DNA of 64,000 bases from Kiritimatiellia bacterium (GTDB lineage: Bacteria > Verrucomicrobiota > Kiritimatiellia > RFP12 > UBA1067): positions 14,072-78,071 of the forward strand of contig JAFSMR010000046.1 in the NCBI GenBank assembly GCA_017447805.1, in the 5' to 3' direction. The position numbers were made by a program, and so were the translations under genes. Shown piece after piece: positions 9,849-18,401 of the stretch (position 1 is the first letter of the stretch; every line of letters begins with the position of its first letter). Below the pieces are notes generated by a model that had not been told where the DNA came from, ran no database searches, and saw nothing but the letters and a program-made list of their open reading frames with translations.

Positions 9849-10649
9849 CTATTCTTTGCCGGTCGATTTGTTTTTCAGAAATTCCAGCGCTTCCACAAGA
9901 AATTCTTCTGGAGTAGAAGCGCCAGCGGTAAGCCCTAGCAATTCCACCCCGTCCATGTCGATTTTTTCCAGCTCTTTTCTTGTCCCTGCCACAATCGCCT
10001 TGCACCTCGCGACTTCGGCAAGGCGCTTCGTATTACTCGAATTGGCGCTTCCGAGGACAAGCAGCAAATCACCCTCGAACGCCTTGACGGCATCTTGCCG
10101 CGCCTTTGTGGCATTGCAGACTTTTGCGCTTTCTACGACTTCGTAATCTTTGCGGAGCTTTTCCACGATTTCGGCGACTTCATCGGAATTCATCGTAGTT
10201 TGCGAAACTACGCCGATTTTTCTCCCCTTCGGGGGCAAATCAGGATACACCCAAGCCCTCGGCACTTCGCCGACAATTCCCTTTACCTCGGCGTGCCCCT
10301 TATTGCCGACTACTACGACCTCGAGCCCTTGGTCGGAAAACGATTTTGCATCCTTATGCACTTTGGCGACAAAAGGGCAAGTCGCATCTACGATTTTCAG
10401 ATTCCTCTTTCGGGCTTCTTCGCGAACGAGCGGGCTTACGCCGTGAGCTGAAAAAATCACAGTCTCGCCGGAAGGAATTCGATCGATAGATTCCACAAAT
10501 TTCATTCCGCGCGACTTGAGCTTTTCGACCACGAGTTCATTATGGACTATTTCGTGAAGACACCAAGCTTCGGGGTATTTGCAAGCTCTCTCCAGCGCCC
10601 CTTTTACTCCGGCGCAAAATCCATGCGGCTCTAGGACTTGTATCTTCAA
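9849..10649 (-). CDS. ispH: 4-hydroxy-3-methylbut-2-enyl diphosphate reductase
   Basis: GFCAGV, IVHN, SAHG, DATCPFV, HAEV, SQTT, CNAT, NSSNT, TAGASTP. Confidence 0.95.
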   Translation of the reverse strand: MKIQVLEPHGFCAGVKGALERACKYPEAWCLHEIVHNELVVEKLKSRGMKFVESIDRIPSGETVIFSAHGVSPLVREEARKRNLKIVDATCPFVAKVHKDAKSFSDQGLEVVVVGNKGHAEVKGIVGEVPRAWVYPDLPPKGRKIGVVSQTTMNSDEVAEIVEKLRKDYEVVESAKVCNATKARQDAVKAFEGDLLLVLGSANSSNTKRLAEVARCKAIVAGTRKELEKIDMDGVELLGLTAGASTPEEFLVEALEFLKNKSTGKE

Positions 10650-11452
10650 TGGATTTCTTCTTTGGCTTTGGCTTCATTCCAAAGTTTATCCATTTCGGCC
10701 AAAGTCATATCTTTCAAATTTCTGCCTTCAGCCTTGGCCGCCTGCTCTACAGCCTCGAATCTGCGCGAAAATTTTGCTGTTGCGCCCTCGAGAGCAGATT
10801 CTGCATCAATCTTGAGATGGCGCGCTAGATTCGCGGCAGCGAAAAGGAAATCGCCGAATTCTTCCTTTACGCGAGAAGAATCTGCCGGGCTCATGCTGAT
10901 TCTTTGCGCTTCAGCTTCTTCCAATTCCGAAAGCTCCTCGCGGATTTTTTCCTTTGGCCCGGATGCATCTTGCCAATCAAACCCTATTCGCGCAGCCTTC
11001 TCTTGCGTCCTTTGCGCCTTGAGAAGCCCCGGCAAAGTCTTCGGCACGCCATCCAACGCAGAGTGGCGCTTTTCCTTCTTGTGCTCCTGCTGCTTGATCA
11101 GCTCCCAATTCTTCAGCACGGTCGAAGTATCGTTTGCGACTACTTCACCGAAGACATGGGGATGGCGGCGAACCAATTTATCGGAAATGGCATTTGCTAC
11201 ATCATCAAAAGAAAAACATCCTTCTTGCTCGGCCATGACGCATTGGAACATTACCTGCAAGAGGACGTCGCCTAGTTCCTCGATGTAATTCGCCTTATCT
11301 TGCGGTTTATCCATGGCCGCAAGGAGTTCGTATGTTTCTTCAAGAACGCAAGGCTTGAGCGATTCAAGCGTCTGCTCCTTATCCCAAGGGCAGCCCTTTT
11401 CAGGGTCTCTTAGGCGAACCATTATTTCGTGCAAACGCTCGATACCGCTCAT
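10646..11452 (-). CDS. mazG: Nucleoside triphosphate pyrophosphohydrolase MazG
   Basis: LRDPEKGCPWD, EETYE, EELGDVLLQ, RRHPHVF, EEFGDFLF. Confidence 0.95.
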   Translation of the reverse strand: MSGIERLHEIMVRLRDPEKGCPWDKEQTLESLKPCVLEETYELLAAMDKPQDKANYIEELGDVLLQVMFQCVMAEQEGCFSFDDVANAISDKLVRRHPHVFGEVVANDTSTVLKNWELIKQQEHKKEKRHSALDGVPKTLPGLLKAQRTQEKAARIGFDWQDASGPKEKIREELSELEEAEAQRISMSPADSSRVKEEFGDFLFAAANLARHLKIDAESALEGATAKFSRRFEAVEQAAKAEGRNLKDMTLAEMDKLWNEAKAKEEIH

Positions 11453-11457
11453 TTTCT

Positions 11458-12132
11458 TTACGCCTTCAACTTTGCGGCAATCTTCTCGGCAAGATTGGCA
11501 TCGACCTTATCTACGATTTCATCGACGCCGCTGAAATCCTGATATGCTACATGCTCGTTCATTACGGCAAAGGCGCCAACACCCGCCAAAAGCGCGCTCT
11601 TTACGCTGAGGCCGGAACCTGCGACGGCGATTGTAAGGAAGCTCCTGAGATGATGCGCCGCGGCCGCACGGCGCCAAGCATCCCACTTGACGCATCCGTA
11701 AGCAGAAGATACTTCCTGGTAAAGCGCGAAATCGGGGTTTTCCATAAATTCCGCAAAGGCTTTCTTCGCTTCATCCATGTGAGCTCTAGTAGCTACGACA
11801 ACCTTCAAGCCCCTCTCGAGAAGAATTCTCAAAAATGCGCGGAAATCTTCCGTAACCGAGCCGGGTAGCGTCTTGGTAAGCGCATTCGAGAATGTGGTCG
11901 AAATATCCTTCGCGGCTTTCTGCGCGGTCTTCTTGGTCTTGATTTCTGCGAAATATTCCGCAAGCCCCCCTTGATAATTGCCGCCGGCGAGATGAAAAGC
12001 CTCTACTCGCTTATCGAAAGGGATTTCAACATCGTTCAAGAGCTTCTTTGTTGTATCGAAAAGAATTTGCGCGCCATTGACTACGGCAAAATCGAATTCG
12101 ATTATTACGCCCTTCTTCACTTCTTCTGTCAT
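11458..12132 (-). CDS. HAD-like protein with degenerate catalytic motifs
   Basis: Layout resembles beta-PGM-type HAD (VIIEFDFAV, VVVATRA, IAVAGSGLSVKSALLAG, QDFSGVD) but DxD is ExD. Confidence 0.55.
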   Translation of the reverse strand: MTEEVKKGVIIEFDFAVVNGAQILFDTTKKLLNDVEIPFDKRVEAFHLAGGNYQGGLAEYFAEIKTKKTAQKAAKDISTTFSNALTKTLPGSVTEDFRAFLRILLERGLKVVVATRAHMDEAKKAFAEFMENPDFALYQEVSSAYGCVKWDAWRRAAAAHHLRSFLTIAVAGSGLSVKSALLAGVGAFAVMNEHVAYQDFSGVDEIVDKVDANLAEKIAAKLKA

Positions 12133-12189
12133 TTCGGCTTTCTCCTTCTAAATAGTTGTTCTTGTTGATTTGGCGTCCAATTGCGCTCA

Positions 12190-13452
12190 CTACGCCTTTG
12201 TCGCTTCTGATTTTGCTTTCACGATAACCGTGCGCTTTTTGCGCGGGTAAGGCTGACCGATTTCATCGAGAATCTTGCGGAAGCTGCCTTTGCGGACATT
12301 GAAAGGCTTGCCGCCTTTGATACGTGAAAATTCGCACGCCTTGATTACGCTGTTGGCGTCCTCGTCCTGTCCCACAACGCCGCTGATGCCCTTAAGAGCA
12401 CAATCGACCGCGACTTGTGCGCACTTCTGGATAAGCGCCAAATCCTTCTTGCAAGGTGCGGCGGCGCGTGCATAGTAGCCGGACTTGAAGACTTGTGTCT
12501 TCTCGGCACCGAGCATTTCGCCAAAGCGCTTTGCGATAAACTGCCCGACATTTACTTTATCGAGACGAGGATGACCAAATGCGTCGACCGGCACTTCCTC
12601 GCCGCGAGCTTTCATCTGCTTGATGATATCGGCGACCCCTGCACCTTCCGAAACGAAAATATTTACGGAATCATACTTATCCATAATCGCTTTGAGGCGC
12701 TTGCCTTCGCTGGCGAAATCGATGTGAGATTCAGGAACATAGATCGCATGGACATCCTGGCGCTCGCGATTGAGTCCGAATTCCGGCAACATCTTGAGCG
12801 AGGCTAGGCGCTTACGGTATACCTGCGCGGTCTTGTAGGTAAGCCAACCGCAGTTGCGGCCCATTACTTCATGAATCGTAAGCGCTCTTGGGTTGGCGCT
12901 GTTTTCTTTCACTACATTCAGGAAGAAATTCGCGCCTTCTTCCGCCGCCGTCATTGCGCCGAGCGAAAGCTTGATGGGATAAACATCATTATCGATCGTC
13001 TTCGGAAGGCCGACTACGATAAGAGGATAGTTGTTCGCAGCCAAATAAACCGCCAAATCTGCCGCAGTAGTATTGGTGTCGTCACCACCTATTGTATGCA
13101 GAACATCTACGCCATCTTTGACTAGCTGGTCGGCCGCGACTTTCAGAGGATCTTCGCCTTCCTTTACCAAACCGCGCTTTACGCAGTCCTTTACGTTCGT
13201 AAGCTTCACGCGGCTGTTGCCAATCGGGCTGCCGCCATGCTTCGTAAGAACGAGCGCATTTTTGCGGACTTCTTCCGTTACGGGAATAGAATCGCCTTTT
13301 AACAGCCCCATGTAACCATTGATATAGCCAATCATCTCAACATTCGGCGCTACGCGATTATATTCATCAATTAAAAAGCCGATTGACGAACTTAGGCACG
13401 GCGCAAGACCGCCTGCAGTCAAAAATGCTACTTTCTTTACTTCCTTTGTCAT
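12190..13452 (-). CDS. pfp: Pyrophosphate-dependent phosphofructokinase
   Basis: TAGGLAPCL, IGGDDT, PKTIDND, EVMGRNCGWL, VSEGAG, DAFGH, SGYYAR. Confidence 0.93.
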   Translation of the reverse strand: MTKEVKKVAFLTAGGLAPCLSSSIGFLIDEYNRVAPNVEMIGYINGYMGLLKGDSIPVTEEVRKNALVLTKHGGSPIGNSRVKLTNVKDCVKRGLVKEGEDPLKVAADQLVKDGVDVLHTIGGDDTNTTAADLAVYLAANNYPLIVVGLPKTIDNDVYPIKLSLGAMTAAEEGANFFLNVVKENSANPRALTIHEVMGRNCGWLTYKTAQVYRKRLASLKMLPEFGLNRERQDVHAIYVPESHIDFASEGKRLKAIMDKYDSVNIFVSEGAGVADIIKQMKARGEEVPVDAFGHPRLDKVNVGQFIAKRFGEMLGAEKTQVFKSGYYARAAAPCKKDLALIQKCAQVAVDCALKGISGVVGQDEDANSVIKACEFSRIKGGKPFNVRKGSFRKILDEIGQPYPRKKRTVIVKAKSEATKA

Positions 13453-13491
13453 GGTATTTATTCTTTTGTATGTTTGTTTGAAATGGAATTA

Positions 13492-13953
13492 TTAGACGAG
13501 TTTCATTACATTTGCGCATTCTATCGCGCTCTGCATCGCCGCAAAACCTTTATTGCCTTGCTTTGTGCCGCAGCGCTCTACTGCCTGCTCCAGATTTTCT
13601 GCAGCAACTACTCCGTCGCATACAGGAATACCCGCCTTTAGCGAAATATCGCAAAATGCTCTAGCTGTCGTTTCATTTATGAGGCTCGCGTGGGGCGTTG
13701 CGCCCTGCACTACTGCGCCAAGGCAAACTACTGCATCATACTCGCCCTTCGTCGCAAGCGCGCTAGCCGCGAGAGGCAATTCATACGCACCGGGAACTTT
13801 CACCAGCGCCAAATCATCCTCATCGCCGCCTAGCCTTACAAACGCATCTGTTGCGCCTTTTATAAGCTGTTCTACGAGAAAACTATTGAATCGACTCGCG
13901 ACAATTGCGATTCTTAGCCCTTTAGCGACTAATGCACCTTCTATCTGCTTCAT
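13492..13953 (-). CDS. ribH: 6,7-dimethyl-8-ribityllumazine synthase
   Basis: IVASRFN, VPGAYELP, CLGAVVQGATPH, QAVERCGTKQGNKG; start reset to ATG 13953. Confidence 0.93.
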   Translation of the reverse strand: MKQIEGALVAKGLRIAIVASRFNSFLVEQLIKGATDAFVRLGGDEDDLALVKVPGAYELPLAASALATKGEYDAVVCLGAVVQGATPHASLINETTARAFCDISLKAGIPVCDGVVAAENLEQAVERCGTKQGNKGFAAMQSAIECANVMKLV

Positions 13954-13989
13954 TGCTTCATTCCTGCTATTATGGACAAAACGGCGCGA

Positions 13990-14019
13990 ATTATACCATA
14001 TTTTATGGTATTTTGTCAA
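13990..14019 (-). promoter_or_regulatory. Promoter of ribH-pfp with overlapping inverted repeat (candidate operator 13993-14011)
   Basis: TTGACA, 18 nt, TGG-TATAAT; ATACCATA-TTT-TATGGTAT is a perfect 8-bp inverted repeat. Confidence 0.75.
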
Positions 14020-14067
14020 TTATCCCCCATTAAATATTTTACATGTTCAGAAAGTTCAGATGTTCGG

Positions 14068-14093
14068 GTAGAGTGGCCGAAGCGCGGCCGCCG
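14068..14093 (+). repeat. REP-like GTAG-led hairpin within short degenerate repeats
   Basis: GTAG-A-GTGGCCG-AAGCG-CGGCCGC-CG, flanked by (A/T)GTTCAG and CTTCAA(A)C repeats. Confidence 0.45.
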
Positions 14094-14193
14094 TTTAGAA
14101 AGTTCAGGCATGGCGCGCCGCCCCGCAGTTCAACCTTCAAACCTTCAACAATGTGCGCGAAGCGCCCTGCAGAAAAAATGGCAACTTGAGCAC

Positions 14194-14222
14194 TTGACCG
14201 AACCCGAAGGAAATGCTAAAAT
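14194..14222 (+). promoter_or_regulatory. Promoter of the plus-strand lipoprotein (leaderless)
   Basis: TTGACC, 17 nt, TGC-TAAAAT, then 7 nt to the ATG. Confidence 0.7.
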
Positions 14223-14229
14223 ACCGACT

Positions 14230-15075
14230 ATGAAAAAATGCAGTATATTACTCGCCGCTACGGCACTTGCTCTTGCAGGATGCTTTTCCTCTAAAGTCGA
14301 TTCAAATACCGATAATCAGACGCTAGACGATAAATTTTTCTCGGAATATTCGCAAAATCCCGACCCCGCAAAAATCTCTAATGTCCTTCCATTGTTCGGG
14401 AATTGGGCTGTTGCCGACAAGGAGAGGAATCTTTCAGTTGCCGGGAATATGCCCCTTGTCGCATTCTTCTGTCATGTATTTCATAACAACCCGTCGTATA
14501 TCGATGGATGGCTGAAACAAATCACAGCTTTCAAATCTAACGAAATAAAGGAACTGTTCGCAGTAGCCTTTTACCTCGCCGACAACGAAAAAGCCTCGGC
14601 AGCCTTCGTCAGTATGAGGAACTCGACCCAAAAAGATTCTATGTTATGGAATCTCAAAATGCCGCTACCGAAACTAGATGCGCTGATAGATGAAGAAGAA
14701 ATCAAAACTCCAGAGCAGCTGGATTATTGCTGGGGAGCTTATGAAGCGACAGGCGAACTTGATTACGCCCTGAGGGTTTTCGAGGTCGCTGTTCGCGAAT
14801 CGGAAGAGCGCATAAATGGCCGCGCGACAGTCGATACGACTGTTCTCGCCGCTCGCTGGTCGGTAACATCTTTCATGATTAACGATGTTGCCGTTCGCGA
14901 GGCGGTAAACGAAAGATTCAGAGTAGCGCCAGATGATATGCTCTATTTGTTCGGCGGGGAGCTTAGTAGAGATGTTAAGATAAAAATTTTCGATCCCGAT
15001 CTTCTGCAGCGAATCAAAGTATTCAAAGAAAAGATGGATGATCAATCTTCATCATCTTCATCTGCCGAGCGATAG
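14230..15075 (+). CDS. Hypothetical lipoprotein (only credible plus-strand gene)
   Basis: MKKCSILLAATALALAGC lipobox; promoter directly upstream; helical body; start reset from 13972. Confidence 0.75.
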   Translation: MKKCSILLAATALALAGCFSSKVDSNTDNQTLDDKFFSEYSQNPDPAKISNVLPLFGNWAVADKERNLSVAGNMPLVAFFCHVFHNNPSYIDGWLKQITAFKSNEIKELFAVAFYLADNEKASAAFVSMRNSTQKDSMLWNLKMPLPKLDALIDEEEIKTPEQLDYCWGAYEATGELDYALRVFEVAVRESEERINGRATVDTTVLAARWSVTSFMINDVAVREAVNERFRVAPDDMLYLFGGELSRDVKIKIFDPDLLQRIKVFKEKMDDQSSSSSSAER

Positions 15076-15539
15076 CGGATTTTCGCTTTCTTCTTAGAGC
15101 CGCTTCGCCGCGAGGAATTACCGGATGAGAATTCTTCTTCATCCCCAGAGTCATTACGACTCCACGAAGAAGATTGCTCCTTTGTCACCAGCACGCTTTT
15201 ATGATACCCTGCGCGCCACAATACGGCCATAAAAGCCCTCGCTTCGCGAAAACGATATGAATCATTGATTGCCGCCTTGCCTTCGTAAAAGGTTTTATCG
15301 CCTTCATTAGTGTTGAATTCTTCAAATTCCGCAACTCGTATATAGATTACCCTGTCTTCCGGAACCTGATAGCGCTTGAGGATTTTCGGCGCTTCCTGCG
15401 GCATGATATATTCGCCCTCGAACTTCACGCCGCTTCCGACAATCTCGAATGTAGGATTGGAAATCCCTAGTTCTATCGAGGAAGAGCTTTTGCATCCGGC
15501 GAACAAAAGCGCTACTGCGAGCGCGGCTATGAGTTTCAT
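15042..15539 (-). CDS. Hypothetical lipoprotein
   Basis: MKLIAALAVALLFAGC lipobox; ATGA-coupled to kdsB. Confidence 0.75.
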   Translation of the reverse strand: MKLIAALAVALLFAGCKSSSSIELGISNPTFEIVGSGVKFEGEYIMPQEAPKILKRYQVPEDRVIYIRVAEFEEFNTNEGDKTFYEGKAAINDSYRFREARAFMAVLWRAGYHKSVLVTKEQSSSWSRNDSGDEEEFSSGNSSRRSGSKKKAKIRYRSADEDDED

Positions 15540-16315
15540 TTTCCGCCTCTCGCCGCTAAAATCGCGCCGACTCTTTCGGCATCTTCCGGAGTATCTACGC
15601 CGATTCCTTCATCCATCGTCTTGACGATGGCGATTTTTGCGCCCATCCAAAGCGCCCTGAGCTGCTCGAGTTTTTCGGTTTGCTCCAATTCGCAAGGCGG
15701 CTCGGAAATATAGCGCTTGAGAAACGCGCCGCGATAGGCGTATATGCCAAGATGCCGCACATATAGGCCAGAAGATAAATCGGGCGTAGAATCTCTATTC
15801 GCGGGAATTGGCGCGCGCGAAAAATACATCGCGCCGCCATCGCGATCCATTACTACCTTGACTACGCTCTTTGCCGCGTAATCTTCCAGCGACTTGAGCG
15901 GCGTTACGGCCGTTGCCATATCCCACTTCGCATCGAGCTTGAGTTTCATCGCCAGCTCATCTATCAACGCCGGGTCTATAAGAGGTTCGTCGCCCTGGAT
16001 ATTAACCAAAACATCGTCATCATCGAAATCGCTTTTCGAGAGAGTTTCCGCCGCCCTGATTTGCGCCGCACATGCGATTCTATCTGTTCCGCTAGGCAGA
16101 TTGCTGGGCGTCATTACCGCGACTCCTCCATTTTCGCGAACGGCTAGCGCTATTCGCTCGTCATCGGTTGCAACCAATACATCATCTAGGCTTTTCGCTT
16201 TCTTTACAGCGTCGACCACCCAATTGACCAGCTTCTTGCCGGCAATTTCCGCAAGAGGCTTGCCTGGAAATCTAGTCGAGGAATATCGGCTCGGAATTAT
16301 CCCGTAAGTTTTCAT
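15536..16315 (-). CDS. kdsB: 3-deoxy-manno-octulosonate cytidylyltransferase
   Basis: IPSRYSSTRFPGKPL, SGTDRI, NIQGDEP, YFSRAPIP, HLGIYAY, EKLEQLRAL. Confidence 0.96.
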   Translation of the reverse strand: MKTYGIIPSRYSSTRFPGKPLAEIAGKKLVNWVVDAVKKAKSLDDVLVATDDERIALAVRENGGVAVMTPSNLPSGTDRIACAAQIRAAETLSKSDFDDDDVLVNIQGDEPLIDPALIDELAMKLKLDAKWDMATAVTPLKSLEDYAAKSVVKVVMDRDGGAMYFSRAPIPANRDSTPDLSSGLYVRHLGIYAYRGAFLKRYISEPPCELEQTEKLEQLRALWMGAKIAIVKTMDEGIGVDTPEDAERVGAILAARGGK

Positions 16316-18401
16316 TTATCTCCTTATTCTCGCGCTCTTCCTCCAATTCCACCTTCCTGAAGAAAAGCCTCCTCAAGACCGGCAGACGCCTTTCTTGACG
16401 CTCGAGCGACCAGAGGGCGAAACGCCACTTCTTGTCGAATTTATAGACTGGGGAAAGAGCAGGTTTGAAATTTTCGAGTTTATCGCGCATTACGGAAAGT
16501 TGCCATTCCATCGCATGGGTGCGAAATTCGAATCCACCCATGAAACGCTCGGCGACTTCCGCCATCGAAACATTATGCTTCTTCTGATATTCTTTCAAGG
16601 CGTGCGCATAATAGCCGAGATAGAAATTCATCATGGAATTGAGATTCTCGTCATCCATCGAAAGATTCGGCCAACCGAAAGAACCTCTTACCGAGCAAGT
16701 CGAGACGAATTTCGGAACTACCCGCTCGGCAATGATATCGTATTCGAATTCGTAGATTTCCTTGCCTACGCCATAAAGCGGCGATTCGGTAGCCGGGTCG
16801 AATTTCTTCATCGCCATATTCTGGGCTGCGGCATCGCCCATTAGGGTAGCAAGGGCGAGGACGACCTCTTTTTCTTCGATGCTTGAATCATCGACATTGC
16901 AGAAATAGTTCGCCGGAATCGAATCCATTGGTTCGCCATCGAGGCGACGACGGATATAATAATCGATTGTGCGATGGCCGGATTTACGGCGACGGCGCAA
17001 TACGCGATATTCGGAAAGCGTTATCCCCAGCGCCTTGAAGCACTCGATTCGCGAAAGCATGTACGAAGCATAGTCCTTCGATGATTTCGAAAGCCTCTTC
17101 TCGATCATTGAATGCTCGAGTGGGCCGCGATTTGTCTTGTATACGATTTCGCGGGTCATTCCTTCGCCAATCGGCGAATCTTCCCCTTCTACCCTAAGCT
17201 CGTATACATTCGCATATTCGATCATCTCATCCTTCGACATCAGCGAACGGATATTCGAAAGCAATACTTCGCTCCTATCATCCGCGCCAGGATGCATAAC
17301 CGGCCTGCCATCGATATATGTAGCGCCGGGAATCGCCGTTCGCCTATCATCGAACGCAGGCGTCGCGCCTTCGCTTGTGCGCGAATAAATTTCGCCCGTA
17401 ACGCTCATATAGAGCAGCTCTATGCAAGCCTTGGCTTCATCATTGGCAAAGTCGGGTGAAGCGAGGAGCGATTCGTATAGAGATACAATTTCGCCAATCC
17501 TCTTTATGACGTCCTGCTGCTCGATTTTGCCGAGGGTAATAGCTTCCATCAACCTCTCGAGCTCGGGGATGATCTTTTCTAGCGCAACGCCTTTTTTCAG
17601 GCCGAAGAGTTCGATTTCGTGATGACCGCGAAGCTTCGGCTGGCGAGTGAAAGAATATAAATTGCCTTCGAATACAGAAACAAGCTCCCTCAATACCTTT
17701 ACGAAAGCTTCCATGTCTTTCGATGCGAGATCTGCGAAAGTTTTGAAAGTCGCAAAAGTCATGAAGTGCACGCCCTTCATGGAATGATAGTAGCGAATCT
17801 TCGATGAAATTCTCTTCTTGCTGCCGGCGAGGGCGACTTTCATTTCATCAATAGTCCAGGCGAGCGGCTTTACGCGCCATTCCTGCCCGAGCTGACGATA
17901 ATGGTCGAGAGTAATATCGTTTCTATCGCCCATTACTACATCGCCAAGTCCAAAGCCGACTTTATCGGATAGCAGCCACTCGTCTGCCGAATACAATCTC
18001 TTCGAAGGCACGTCGCGCTGCGAAATTTCGAGCTTGCCGGCGACGATATTCGAGCAGAGGATTTCCTTCATCAAAACATCGCCCTGCTTGAGTTTCGGCA
18101 CTCTGCTCAATTTCCAGAATCGACCATCTAGAAGCGGGAAAGCGGCGACGGAATGATTGCCGGTAGTCATTGTGAAGACGCGGCCGGGAGTTTTCTTCTT
18201 AAGCGAACTTTTTTCTACTATCAATACGCTCGGATGTTCGCCGAGATGCTTGATTATTTCATTTTCGAAGATAAAAGTATCGTCGCCTATATCCCACGCC
18301 GCGAATTCGCGTTCTCTACCCATCGCAATCGTCTTTACGGTCGTCGGACGGCGCTTGCCGGCTTTCTTTATTCTACCGAGGAATAGGCGTATCGGGTTCA
18401 T
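16272..18401 (-). CDS. Large hypothetical protein (709 aa)
   Basis: Long ORF, ATGA-coupled to the upstream gene at 18398-18401 and overlapping the kdsB start; no family recognised. Confidence 0.8.
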   Translation of the reverse strand: MNPIRLFLGRIKKAGKRRPTTVKTIAMGREREFAAWDIGDDTFIFENEIIKHLGEHPSVLIVEKSSLKKKTPGRVFTMTTGNHSVAAFPLLDGRFWKLSRVPKLKQGDVLMKEILCSNIVAGKLEISQRDVPSKRLYSADEWLLSDKVGFGLGDVVMGDRNDITLDHYRQLGQEWRVKPLAWTIDEMKVALAGSKKRISSKIRYYHSMKGVHFMTFATFKTFADLASKDMEAFVKVLRELVSVFEGNLYSFTRQPKLRGHHEIELFGLKKGVALEKIIPELERLMEAITLGKIEQQDVIKRIGEIVSLYESLLASPDFANDEAKACIELLYMSVTGEIYSRTSEGATPAFDDRRTAIPGATYIDGRPVMHPGADDRSEVLLSNIRSLMSKDEMIEYANVYELRVEGEDSPIGEGMTREIVYKTNRGPLEHSMIEKRLSKSSKDYASYMLSRIECFKALGITLSEYRVLRRRRKSGHRTIDYYIRRRLDGEPMDSIPANYFCNVDDSSIEEKEVVLALATLMGDAAAQNMAMKKFDPATESPLYGVGKEIYEFEYDIIAERVVPKFVSTCSVRGSFGWPNLSMDDENLNSMMNFYLGYYAHALKEYQKKHNVSMAEVAERFMGGFEFRTHAMEWQLSVMRDKLENFKPALSPVYKFDKKWRFALWSLERQERRLPVLRRLFFRKVELEEERENKEINENLRDNSEPIFLD

